A stretch of 63,987 nucleotides of DNA, filler included, from Globobulimina sp. (Eukaryota), in the NCBI GenBank assembly GCA_003354225.1. It is 8 parts of 8 records of this genome, joined end to end, with 100 filler letters (N's around TTAATTAATTAA, not from the genome) between each part and the next. Parts side by side here need not be neighbours in the genome. Positions count along the whole stretch, not along the records: positions 1 to 8,036 come from PIVH01000097.1; positions 8,137 to 16,150 come from PIVH01000098.1; 6 more parts are not named here. One strand, given 5' to 3'. The translations under genes and the position numbers were made by a program. Each line of letters starts with the position of its first letter. Position 1 is the first letter of the stretch. Under the pieces are notes generated by a model. That model saw only the letters and a program-made list of their open reading frames with translations, had not been told where the DNA came from and ran no database searches. This document shows positions 1 through 10,584 of this stretch, piece by piece.

Positions 1-7
1 GCAAGGG

Positions 8-688
8 ATGAAATGTCATTTTAGTGACGAAAGCATGGCAATATCCATTGATACATATAATTCGTATGTTGCACAAGAATGTATTTCAAATGGATACGGT
101 GATATTATCAATGACATATCGGGCGGTACAATGGATGAGAATATGTATAGCATTGTTGCGGAGTTAGGAGTGCCATATATTTGTATGCATTTGAGAGGGG
201 ATCCATCCACAATGCAAAACAAATATAATTTGCAATATGGTGATAGTGATCATATGGAAGAGTTTATTGATATTTTGAATACGGAGTTGCATGGAAAGGT
301 GGAGAGAGCAGCAGAACATGGCATTGCAGCATGGAATATTATATTGGATCCAGGCATTGGTTTTGCTAAAAATAGTGAACAGAGTCAGTATTTATTACAT
401 AATATGTATAAAGTTAAAAATGGTACAAAGTATCCAATATTGAGTGGTTGTTCAAGGAAAAGTTATTTAAATCAAATTTTGGGAGCGGATATTAATAAAA
501 AAGGAGTGGATTCGATGGAAAAAATAATTGGTACACAATCTGCAATAACTGCATCCATATTAAGTGGTGCAAATATTATTAGAGCACATGATTTGTATAC
601 AATGGACATTGTACGCAGAGTAACTGATAGTATATTCAATGTAAATCATGATAGACATGTTTCGCGTTCTTCTGGTACTAGTATTTAA
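8..688 (+). CDS. Dihydropteroate synthase domain (5'-truncated; probably the C-terminal part of an HPPK-DHPS/FOL1-type fusion)
   Basis: DHPS motifs ISIDTY, IINDISGG, ICMHLRGDP, IILDPGIGFAK, GCSRKS, IIRAHD. Confidence 0.92.
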   Translation: MKCHFSDESMAISIDTYNSYVAQECISNGYGDIINDISGGTMDENMYSIVAELGVPYICMHLRGDPSTMQNKYNLQYGDSDHMEEFIDILNTELHGKVERAAEHGIAAWNIILDPGIGFAKNSEQSQYLLHNMYKVKNGTKYPILSGCSRKSYLNQILGADINKKGVDSMEKIIGTQSAITASILSGANIIRAHDLYTMDIVRRVTDSIFNVNHDRHVSRSSGTSI

Positions 689-1396
689 ACTGTAAAAAAA
701 AGATCAAAAAAAACAAAACTTATCCGATCCTTATCCATCCCGCCTGGCACTAACGTTCTTGTTTTTATTCATAGTAATTTAATAAAACTCAAAACTCAGA
801 TTATGGCGCATATGGGAAGCACCTCGCTTTTATTTAGTATGCCAGCACAACGGCAAAATTTGACATCCAGCCATTGTTTTGTTAAGTGATCGAGATGTAT
901 TCGTATATATATAATCATATATGACATACATAACATATGACAGCTAATAACAACGACTAATTTAAAAGTATTATCATGTAATTCAAAAAACATTAAAGTT
1001 AAACAAAAAAATAAACCAAAACCAAAACCAAAACCAGAAAACAAAGAGGATGAATAATCATTTTGTGCCATGAACACGTAAAGTTATTTAAAGTTATAGC
1101 TCAAACATATATAATAAGCGATAAATAAATTTTATAATAATTAGTATATTTTTTCTGTAATATTATTTTTTTGCATGCGTTTTTTGTTGTAATTGTATTC
1201 GAATTCTTTTTTTAATTCATTTTTTTTATCCATATGATATGTGAATGGTTTGTAAGTTGGTTACGTAATTTACAGCGCAGAGTTGCTGAAATTTCTCGAA
1301 ATTAAGAGACTAGTTTTGTACCTTAATGATAATCAACTGCAAATTAAGCAATTAACAAAAAACTTTCCAAACTCTCCCTCCAACAACTCCTCAACC

Positions 1397-2432
1397 ATGC
1401 AAACAGTGCTGTTGTCGGCGTTATTAGCAGTTGCTTACAGTCAAGATCAGTGCGTATATACCGCCAATAACGGTTTATATGTGTTTAATTTGACCGGCAT
1501 TAGCCGCTGGACGTTAGAGCTCGAGAAACCAGATCATTTTTATTATTATACACCGTGCCGTAATGGTATCACCTGTCGACAAGGCAATGCTGATTTTGCC
1601 GCAAATTCAGCTCAATTCAAACAAGGTGCAAATCAATGTACTCATTATTTATCGGTGGATCATCACGAAGCAGCGCAATATTCCTTTGTAGGCGCATCGT
1701 GGCGGTTTCATTACGAAGATGGTGAGCTCTGTGATATAACGCAAGAGCCGCGAAAAAACACTGTTTATTTTCATTGCAATAATGTCAATAACCAAAATCC
1801 CGCACTATTAGAGTCCGTACAAGAGACTGGAACTTGTGAATATGTGTACAGTATCGCATCGACATTGGCTTGTATGCCCACTAATGATCATAATGCAAAT
1901 TGTCAGTGGCGAGTAAATGATGGGAAGAGTTGGAGTTATTTAGATTTATCTGCATTGAAAGGCGAGGTGGCACATATGCGTCTTGGTACTACTGGCTATG
2001 AGATGTATTATTCAATTTGTGCCAATTCATTACATTGTTATCAGCAGCATGCGAATACTGTGATGTCGGTGGTGGATAATAGGAATCTCGGCACTTGCGA
2101 GCATTCATTAGCTGTTTGGGAGCAGGGACAAGGTATTTTTGTTTATTGTACGCAAAATCGCACACATTAATTGCTTGTATACAGTGCAACCACATTTAAT
2201 TCGAGATGAGGGTATCGTGCATTGGACTTTTCATTATTGGAATGGGCAGACATGTTCCAATGGGCAACAGGGCGTAGAGCAAATTCGGTTTTTCTGTGAT
2301 CCGCAGGTGGAGAAATTTCGAGTGGATGCTGTTTATGGTGAAGGCAATTGTAATTTTGATATGAATATTTCCACTAAAGCTGCGTGTCTCGATCAAGAAC
2401 CAAATTGGGTGGATGCGAAAGCATGGTTTTAA
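1397..2432 (+). CDS. Secreted protein with two mannose-6-phosphate-receptor-homology (MRH)-like Cys-rich domains; 2 exons
   Basis: Signal peptide MQTVLLSALLAVAYS; repeated YYYTPC/YYSIC, F.Y.(D/N)G..C, F.C and C.(Y/F)...I.(S/T)..AC patterns; GT-AG intron 2133-2184 joins the two ORFs in frame. Confidence 0.7.
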
Positions 2433-2580
2433 ATGATTAAACATGTTTTTTATGTTTATTTTTGTATATTTATATATAAATTGATAAGTATTAATAGAAA
2501 CCCTTATTAGTTATTGCTATTCATTCAGCACATAATGAAAAAAAAGATAGAGTTTTTATTCTTTAAATTCCAAAAAAAAC

Positions 2581-3706
2581 ATGGGTTCTACTTGTGAAAC
2601 TTGCACCAATTCCCATAATTCAAAAGTAATCTTAAATGTAGCAGTGATTCATACAGATTGGGCAGATGCAGTGACTAAAAATAATTTAGCTGGGATTGCA
2701 GGTACGGTTTGCTTCTATTACGACTATGCAATAGCATGCATATCCCAAATGTGAATTGGTTTTAAAAAGGATTACATGCCGAAAATCCGTCATTAATAAA
2801 CGAATATGTTGATCAAAGAGGATGTGTTGCAATCCATTATGCAATACGCTCAAAAAATGAACACATATTACTTTATTTACTAAAACACGACGCAAATATC
2901 AATGCTCGCGGTGGCACAAATTACAATACACCATTACATGAAGCTGCTTTGGCGAATAATTTCAAAGCAGTGAGCTATTTATACGGCCATAGCAAAATTA
3001 AAGTAAACGATAAATTGACAAATAATGAGAATAAAACAGCCATAGAATTATGTCAACATAAAAGAAAATATGTTACAGCAAAAGAACATGGGTACGTACT
3101 ATGTGTATTTATTTATACATTATGCAATATTTATTTTAATTATAATATAGAATTGGGGAATCTCGTCAAAGAGCATTGGATAGGAAGCCGTCATCGATAT
3201 ATTTCCATGGTCAAAATTTGGAAACAACATCAAAACAAACGATACATAGAATAGTGATGGAAACGAACGATGAAAAACTATTTGTGAAGCGCAAGAAGGA
3301 GGAAATAAGATATCGGGAAAAAGCAGTGACTCGATTTGGTGAGGATTGTGGTGTTGATATTGATGAAATTGCTATGGTTTTGGTAGAAGGGAATGCAATA
3401 AAAATATGGCAACAATTAACAAAGAATAGTGGTAGGAATAAAAGGAATATTAACAGGAACACGGATTGTGTGACAAAACAAACAGAGATTCGGAAGATAT
3501 TATTGGGTTTAACAAATGCAGCATTTAACAAGAAACATTTTAAAAAAAAGAAGCCGCCCGACCAAGCACTCAAATTATTGACAAGGGCGTTATGCAAAAA
3601 GTTACCAAAAAAAAATGGTAAAGCCATTTTGGAAAAACAAGTGTTTCTTAAACAATTCCATACGTTTTTGTTTCAAGTGCACAATGAAATGATTGTTAAA
3701 CAATAA
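2581..3706 (+). CDS. Ankyrin-repeat protein with N-terminal MG..C acylation-like motif; 3 exons
   Basis: MGSTCETC start; AIHYAI...LLYLLKHDANINARGG...TPLHEAA ankyrin motifs after splicing introns ~2702-2769 and 3092-3150. Confidence 0.7.
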
Positions 3707-3844
3707 TGATGTCTGCTGTTTGATTTTGATAATTTTAAAATGTGATCTTTTTTCCCAATTTAAAGGTGTTGGATATCAAAAATACTGTTTGTGATTAGAA
3801 CTTCGTTTTATTCAAAAAAAAGTTGGTATAATTATATAATTTAA

Positions 3845-5914
3845 TCATTGATATGTACCATATGTTTGTTTTTGAAACTCTTCAAACTGATCATCTTTAA
3901 AATATCGATTACTTCGTTTAAAACTTTTAATTTGATTTGTGACATCCTGTGATAATCTCTGCTGTGCTTTATTAACATGTATAAAAAATCTCGGCCAAAG
4001 CCATTCCATATCGTCCAACTTAAACAATACTGCGCCAGGACCATAATAGAAATAACATTTTGCCTGATTTACCATTGAAATATGAAAAGATAAACCAAAT
4101 TTATATCCGTTGACTGCTTCAAGCATTCGTATCGGATCCGGCTCCTTTTTCATTGGGTTTGGAAACAAATATTCAGAGCTTAAACCAAGTCGTTGTTCCG
4201 GAATTATTTCATATTGTTTCGTCAAAACACCATAAACTTTTGGTTTAATTAAATAAATTTTATCCTTCCAGGTCTTATTAATATTGATTCTTTCATCCTT
4301 ATCAATATCATAACCAATTCCATTCACTGTTTTATGTTTTACATTTTCAGGATTCCTTCTATCGATAATATAAATAAACCGTTGATATCTTTCCTGTGTT
4401 CCACGAGCTCGATGATCCCAAATATTTTGCAACTTTGATGCTCGTATCCCACTGGATTCAATTTCTGTTATCCAATAATTTTCATTCAAAATATATCCAT
4501 CCAAATCCAGGATTTTATCCAATTCCCAAAATTCATTTTGTACACTATTATGACCCGCTGCTTTGCCCAACAACTTATATTTGGAATCATTGTTTTTTTT
4601 GAGACCATACAACATTTCATCATTACTATCCATTAAGAACGGCATCATATTTTTCTTTGTTCGTTCCGCGACACATTGCGGAATTATCCACACATCGAAT
4701 TGTATGGGAAGAAAGGGGTAATTTCGTTGAGATAATGCTTGGATTTGATGGCAAAATCTATGAAACGTTAAGGTATATTTTGCGAACATTGACAAAGAGT
4801 CACATATTTGTGGGAAAAATTCAAATCGTAAATTGAAGATTGGTAAAATACGTTTGGTTAAAGATTGCATCGCATGCATTAAAACTTGACTAGTTTTGAC
4901 ATAATTGCTGGATAAATATTTTGTAAATGGGTTATCTCTTTGAAACCATTGGATTGAATCATAATTATTAGCAACATCATCAAAGCGAGGTTGAATATTA
5001 TTTTCTAAATTAATTCTATGTTTATGTAATCTGTAACGGCTAAAAGTATCCACCAACCACAATAATATTGGATGCTGATTCTTTATATCTAAAGCTTTGG
5101 CGATACATAAGTTAACATCTTCAGGTTGTCGTTTGCAATCAGAATCAGAATGATTTGGAAAGTCTGGATGTCTGAATACCGATTCACATTCCGTTTTGAG
5201 TAAATTTATCGTATATTTCATTAATTTATCATTAAATTCAATGTTCCATTCGAATTGTTTGATATTCATCTCAGTTTTGCCACAAATCGACTGTTTCATC
5301 CATTTATTTATTGCTGGTTTATGCGATGATAATGTTTTATTTTCTGTTATTTTGTCCAATATGCAACTTCCATCACTGTCTAATATGTCTTCTTTTATAT
5401 CATCAATGCTTTCATATTCTTGATCGTTGACTACATTTTTAAATTCTTTTACTGTTTTTGCCGCAATTTCATTATTGATTTTTTGAGACAAAATACAACT
5501 AATTTCATCACATAACATTTCAAATTGTTGCTTAAAAGAGTTGACAGAGTGGACAGAGCTGACATAGTTTGACTGATTATCGACATTCTCATTTTGTTTT
5601 GTATCACTGTCATAATTATGTTTTGCTTTAATATTCGAATATAAATTGTTCAATATTTCAAATATTTTATGTCGTTTTTCTTCTTCATTCATTTTATTTT
5701 CCAATTCTGCAATAAATGGAAAATTTGCATCAAATTCTAAATAACCACAGTTTTCATAATCATTCAATTCATCCTCAATGTCTTCTTCTTTTAATTCAGC
5801 CTCAAACACAAATTGCAAGAATTTCCCTTCACCTTCATCGTTAAAATAAGCTTCATTTAAATCTTTATAATATTCTGATAAGCCTTGATCAAGTTTCTCG
5901 AAAATGAATGTCAT
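3845..5914 (-). CDS. Hypothetical protein, 689 aa, acidic N-terminal module
   Basis: Long intact ORF; no family recognised. Confidence 0.75.
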   Translation of the reverse strand: MTFIFEKLDQGLSEYYKDLNEAYFNDEGEGKFLQFVFEAELKEEDIEDELNDYENCGYLEFDANFPFIAELENKMNEEEKRHKIFEILNNLYSNIKAKHNYDSDTKQNENVDNQSNYVSSVHSVNSFKQQFEMLCDEISCILSQKINNEIAAKTVKEFKNVVNDQEYESIDDIKEDILDSDGSCILDKITENKTLSSHKPAINKWMKQSICGKTEMNIKQFEWNIEFNDKLMKYTINLLKTECESVFRHPDFPNHSDSDCKRQPEDVNLCIAKALDIKNQHPILLWLVDTFSRYRLHKHRINLENNIQPRFDDVANNYDSIQWFQRDNPFTKYLSSNYVKTSQVLMHAMQSLTKRILPIFNLRFEFFPQICDSLSMFAKYTLTFHRFCHQIQALSQRNYPFLPIQFDVWIIPQCVAERTKKNMMPFLMDSNDEMLYGLKKNNDSKYKLLGKAAGHNSVQNEFWELDKILDLDGYILNENYWITEIESSGIRASKLQNIWDHRARGTQERYQRFIYIIDRRNPENVKHKTVNGIGYDIDKDERININKTWKDKIYLIKPKVYGVLTKQYEIIPEQRLGLSSEYLFPNPMKKEPDPIRMLEAVNGYKFGLSFHISMVNQAKCYFYYGPGAVLFKLDDMEWLWPRFFIHVNKAQQRLSQDVTNQIKSFKRSNRYFKDDQFEEFQKQTYGTYQ

Positions 5915-5966
5915 GTAGTTTTGAGTTTTATTGCAGAAAAAACTTTTATATTAAATTGCTTCGACA

Positions 5967-8036
5967 ATGGCGAATTTTAACCCTTACGCTGAAAACACAA
6001 CAGCATGGCTGGTACATATATATCCTCAAAATCTGAAAGCGCAAAAACAACTAAATGTCCTATTCTGTTTTTGAATAAAAACAGAGCACAACAGCGAGTC
6101 AAATATTTTTTATGCAACTTGGATTTATGTGCTACGAGGTGGGATTTGTAAAACAAGTATGGGCGCACTCAATCATTCTCAAAAATATCGAAGCTACATT
6201 TGTAGTTTAGACATCTACCAACACCGCACAGTCCACACAGTCTACTCCGCACTCACTGTGTGTATATATTATATATAGGGGGTTTTAGTATATTTAGCGT
6301 TTGGTTACACACTCTCAGAATCACCACATACCTTTTATGGAATTATATCCATCCCAACTAATCCATTATTATTTGGTGTGCAGCCTGAGGTTCACGACCA
6401 AGTATTAATTTCAGTTAAGAAATATACCAAATATACTATGTAAAATATGCATCTGTTTCTGTACGCACACATTCAGGCATTCTTCGCTTCAACATCCGCA
6501 AGTTTTGTTTGTTTGTTTCTGTCAATATACCAATACTTCCGTCCATATATATATATATATATATCCACACAGCAATAATAAGTGGCGCTGTTTTGCAGAG
6601 AATGAAAAACAAAGCGTATGTATATTGGTGCTCATTAACGGTATTAATCAATTTCTCCTTTGTATCGCACTGGATATGGCACCAAAACGGCTGGTTGCTA
6701 GAGCTTGGTTTTGTGGATGGAGCAGGGTCACTTGTGGTGCATGCAACTGCTGGCATGGCCTCTTTGATCGCCATTTGGAGATTAGGACCGCGGAAAGGAG
6801 TGGTCAATGCAGATGAGATCACTTTGAAACGCGTTGAAAGCGCCTCCAGGCCGATCATTCATGCAATGGGCGCTTTCTTTTTATGGTACGGGTGGTATGC
6901 TTTTAATGTGGCGTCGCCCATTGCAGGCAGTAAAGGCATAGGGGACGCGATTGGAACCACGGCGTTGGTCACTGTGATATCTCCCGTTTGCGCAGCCTGT
7001 GGAGCATTCATATTAATGTATTTTGAATTTGCCAGTTTGAGTTTTGAAGACTTATTAAACTGTTTATTAGCAGGCTTGGTTGCCATCACTGGGCCATGCC
7101 ATTCCTGCAACCCTTTGGAATCCGCAGTTATTGGCTTTATTGCGAGCGTTGTTTACTTTGTTTCAGCGTACGTTGTCAGATACAAATGGCATATTGACGG
7201 TATGTACTACATTTGCGTCTGAATTCTGAACGTACGCAAAAATCGATGCTTCTGTACATAAACATGTGCACAGATCCGATGCAAATCACGTCCATACATT
7301 TATGTTGCGGGATATTTTCATGTTTTGCAGAAGGCATCGTTGCAAATGATGTGTATGGAACTCCTGGTTTAATATATGGCGGGTTTAAGCATTTTGGTAT
7401 TCAGATATTTGGCATTATCGTCGTTTGTTTATTTAATTTTATTGTATGTTTGTTTTTATATGAATTGCTGTTGAAAAGAGTGCTGTTTCGCGGCCGTGAG
7501 ATGAAAGTGTCAGTGTTGGACATTTATTTGGGAACACAAATATTTGTCCAAGATTACGCTTTGGCGTTGGAGGAAGTGTTAGAATGTCAGACGAATAAAG
7601 GAAAGAGAATGTTGTGGCAGTTTCATAAATATGTGCATAGTCGCTTTGCCTCCGAACAGTTGGATTTCTTGATTGTTGTTCAAATATTAAATAATTACTT
7701 GGCTGCCAAAAATCGCAAGAAATCGCATGTCAAAATCGCGAAATATATAATACAAATTATTGACACTTATGTCGAAGAAGACGGTGTTAAATGTATCAAT
7801 GTGTCCGGGACTCAAAGATGCATTTTGCTTCGCATCAAAAGTCAGATATTATTTGAATTGGAATTAGAATTAGAAGTTGATATTGGTAGAGATGGGAAAG
7901 AGGAGGAACGAGAACAGGAAGAGGAAGAAGTAAAAACACCGTCAGATCCGAGGAGAAGTGTGTCATTAATTCGATATCGCGCAGGATATAACAAATCAGG
8001 AATGGATATAACGACAGAAAATATATTTAAAACATG
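5967..8036 (+). CDS. Ammonium transporter (Amt/Mep) fused to a C-terminal RGS domain; 6 exons, 3'-truncated by contig end
   Basis: Spliced product MANFNPY...IFFMQLGFMCYEVGFV...AFFASTSATIISGAV...SHWIW..GWL..LGFVDGAGSLVVHATAG...LWYGWYAFN...IDDPMQITSIHLCCG, then in the same exon RGS-like LEEVL...FHKYVHSRFASEQLDFL...IIDTYV.....INVS..QR; introns 6012-6084, ~6202-6278, ~6414-6476, 6502-6572, 7200-7273. Confidence 0.85.
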
Positions 8037-8136
8037 NNNNNNNNNNNNNNNNNNNNNNNNNNNNNNNNNNNNNNNNNNNNTTAATTAATTAANNNNNNNN
8101 NNNNNNNNNNNNNNNNNNNNNNNNNNNNNNNNNNNN
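8037..8136. other. Artificial contig linker (N-run + TTAATTAATTAA + N-run); same linker at 16151-16250, 24247-24346, 32330-32429, 40406-40505, 48480-48579, 56552-56651
   Basis: Identical 100-nt structure with stops in all six frames; flanking contigs decrease in length (~8014, 7996, 7983, 7976, 7974, 7972 nt). Confidence 0.97.
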
Positions 8137-8333
8137 ATCAAGAAGCAGAGGATATTCATATGACTGAGTAAATAAACTGACATTATTCATGCAATGTTTG
8201 TACTTTGTACTTTTCACGTATTGTTGAAAACTCTTTTTTTTTTTCAATGTAAAGGCTAGAGGGAAAAAATAAAAAAATACACGAGTGCAAGGATACAATG
8301 TAAGGTAGTTCGAGGGATACAATTTATTTGTGA

Positions 8334-9057
8334 TTAGAAAAATGACTTCCAACCATAAGCTAAAACCATAATCATTAATGTGATCACAAGCCAATCAAAT
8401 ATTTTGTCTCTACCACCACTATTTCTATTACTGTTTGTAGAGATATCTGGTTTTTGTTGCTGTTGCTGTTGCTGTTCGAATTGTTGTTGTGTTGACATTA
8501 TTATTTGTGATTTGAACTTTTCATAATATTTGGGAAATAGTTGTCTAAATTGAGGATTTTTACAATTAAATTGCAGTGACTGTTTTGCTAATAATTTGCG
8601 ATGATATGAATTGGATGAAATTGAGCCCATTCCATGTGATTCCTCAGTCATAAATGATACAAATCCGGTTAATATATTGGATACACTCCAAAAAGGGCTC
8701 CATGATTCCGGATGAAAATCACTATTTGAAAGACAAATCTTTGTATTTATTTGAAAGCGACCATTGGGAGTAAACAGCATTCTGTATATACAGTATATTT
8801 ATGTAATTGCGAGCAATTTGTACTTAATAAATCTTTACATTGCCATACATTGATGGTGGTTTATATGGATAATCCGAAGGAAACTTTAAAACTCCATGAT
8901 AAAATCCCTGCGCGTAGTCAGTTTCTGATGGTCCTTTTAATACGTAATGCCATGTTCGAATGTCTTTCTTTATTGGTATTGTTTCGAAGTATATATTTGG
9001 ATTTTTTTGTAGCTTTTTCAATTCTTTTTTGAGCCGCGCAACACACACTGTTGTCAT
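8334..9057 (-). CDS. UBC6: Ubiquitin-conjugating enzyme E2 J2/Ubc6-type, C-terminal membrane anchor; 2 exons
   Basis: RLKKE, WHYVLKGP..T.Y..G.YHG.L.FP.DYPYKPPSI|MLFTPNGRF..NTKICLSNSDFHPESW; intron 8782-8848; C-terminal TM. Confidence 0.92.
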
Positions 9058-9214
9058 GCTGTGTTTTGATGATTACTGACTGTTTTTTAGTTTTCGAGTG
9101 TACCTTGTTTTCGATCTATTTTCGGACAAGACATGTACGGAGATTCGTATATATATAAATGACACAGAAAACAATATCCTGGCACATATACTAGTATTTG
9201 AACAAAATCCCACA

Positions 9215-9784
9215 ATGGCAGCAGAAAAAAAAGAAGAAACGGTGGCAGGTTTTAAACGAATTGATCCGCCAAAAGACATAATAGTGCCAACAGATCAAAT
9301 TAAGACGGATACTGTAATATTTTGGATTGAAAGATCAAAAAATAAAAATGTTGTCGTTTATGAAGCACAGAAAACAAACAAAGCAGATCATTACAACAAT
9401 ATAGTTGGTTATTGGTTAGATATTGATCCAGAATATGTGAAAGCCGCTAGAAAAAAAAATAAAATGGATGATCGCTGCGAATTAAATTTTATTGAAAGAA
9501 AAATGGCATATGGATGGAGTTTAACATCCACTCAACACAATAAAAAAGCAAAAGTATATCAATTGGCACTTGTTTCGGTACCAGCAATGATTATGGATTT
9601 AATTACTGATAAAAATGGAAAACCACATGCGATTACAATCATCAATGGACAAAAATGTTATTTACGTAAAATATATGTTGCTACAAAGGAATCATGGTAT
9701 GGACTGCCAAAGGTACTGTACGTCACAATCACTGGCATTCAAATTGAAAATGGAACAATTCAATCGGCAAAAAAACAATTATAA
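9215..9784 (+). CDS. DUF4833-like protein
   Basis: FWIERSKNKNVVVYEA, YWL, ELNFIERKMAYG, L.KIYV, GLPKVLYV recalled as DUF4833 patterns. Confidence 0.65.
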   Translation: MAAEKKEETVAGFKRIDPPKDIIVPTDQIKTDTVIFWIERSKNKNVVVYEAQKTNKADHYNNIVGYWLDIDPEYVKAARKKNKMDDRCELNFIERKMAYGWSLTSTQHNKKAKVYQLALVSVPAMIMDLITDKNGKPHAITIINGQKCYLRKIYVATKESWYGLPKVLYVTITGIQIENGTIQSAKKQL

Positions 9785-9917
9785 CCTATTTACTGCTTTA
9801 TATTTACAGTAATTTACGATGCCTAGATCACAATTTACTGCACGTGAAGTGACTCAGAAAAACTACTAAACATTTATTTTTCTATTGACTTATTATATGT
9901 TATCTACAAGAAATTTC

Positions 9918-10550
9918 CTATTTTTTCCGTTCATGAGGAGGACGCGGCTCGATTAAAATTTCAGTTTGGAACAGTTCATGCAATCTTTGTTCGCGTTCGT
10001 CCTCATATTTTAATTTTTCAATCCAATCACACCATTTATCAAATTCAGAGAAATTTATATTTTTTACAAATTCTTCCGGATCTTTATTTGCGTCATTTAA
10101 CCATACTTGATATGATCGAAACAATTCCTCTTTAAAAGCTGGTCGAATCCATTCAATTTTCCATATGAGGTTCACCAAATGATCATATTCCGTGCACCAT
10201 GACATTAATTCATAGCAATAGTCGATATCGTATTTAACCCGAAATGCAACATAAGAGAAGGTGCCGCCTAGAATCAATGTTGGTGGCATCCAGAAATAAC
10301 GAATTAAACCGAGTCCGTATTTCAAATCAAAACCTCCCAACACATCTTCCGGGTCTTTGCCTGCTCTGATTTCTGCTTTTATGCGTTGCTGATCCTGAGC
10401 TATTAGCTTCACCACTTTTCTACGTCGGATGAAATTCTTTCTGGAATAGAAATATTAAAACACATTTATCATATTTCAGCATACGAATATTTCAACATAC
10501 GTCATAGTGAGTATTTCACCAAAAACATTTCTTCCGTAATTAGGGTTCAT
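9918..10550 (-). CDS. Hypothetical single-TM protein, probably 2 exons
   Basis: 165-aa ORF plus short upstream exon (MNPNYGRNVFGEILTM) across a GT-AG intron ~10442-10500. Confidence 0.5.
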
Positions 10551-10584
10551 GCTCTTGTAGTTTGAGGTTTTCTCTTTACCGCAA

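Noticed and set aside
796-1077. 93-aa hydrophobic minus-strand ORF
   Set aside because: Partly low-complexity (AAAACC)n, no recognisable motif; cannot be supported as a gene.
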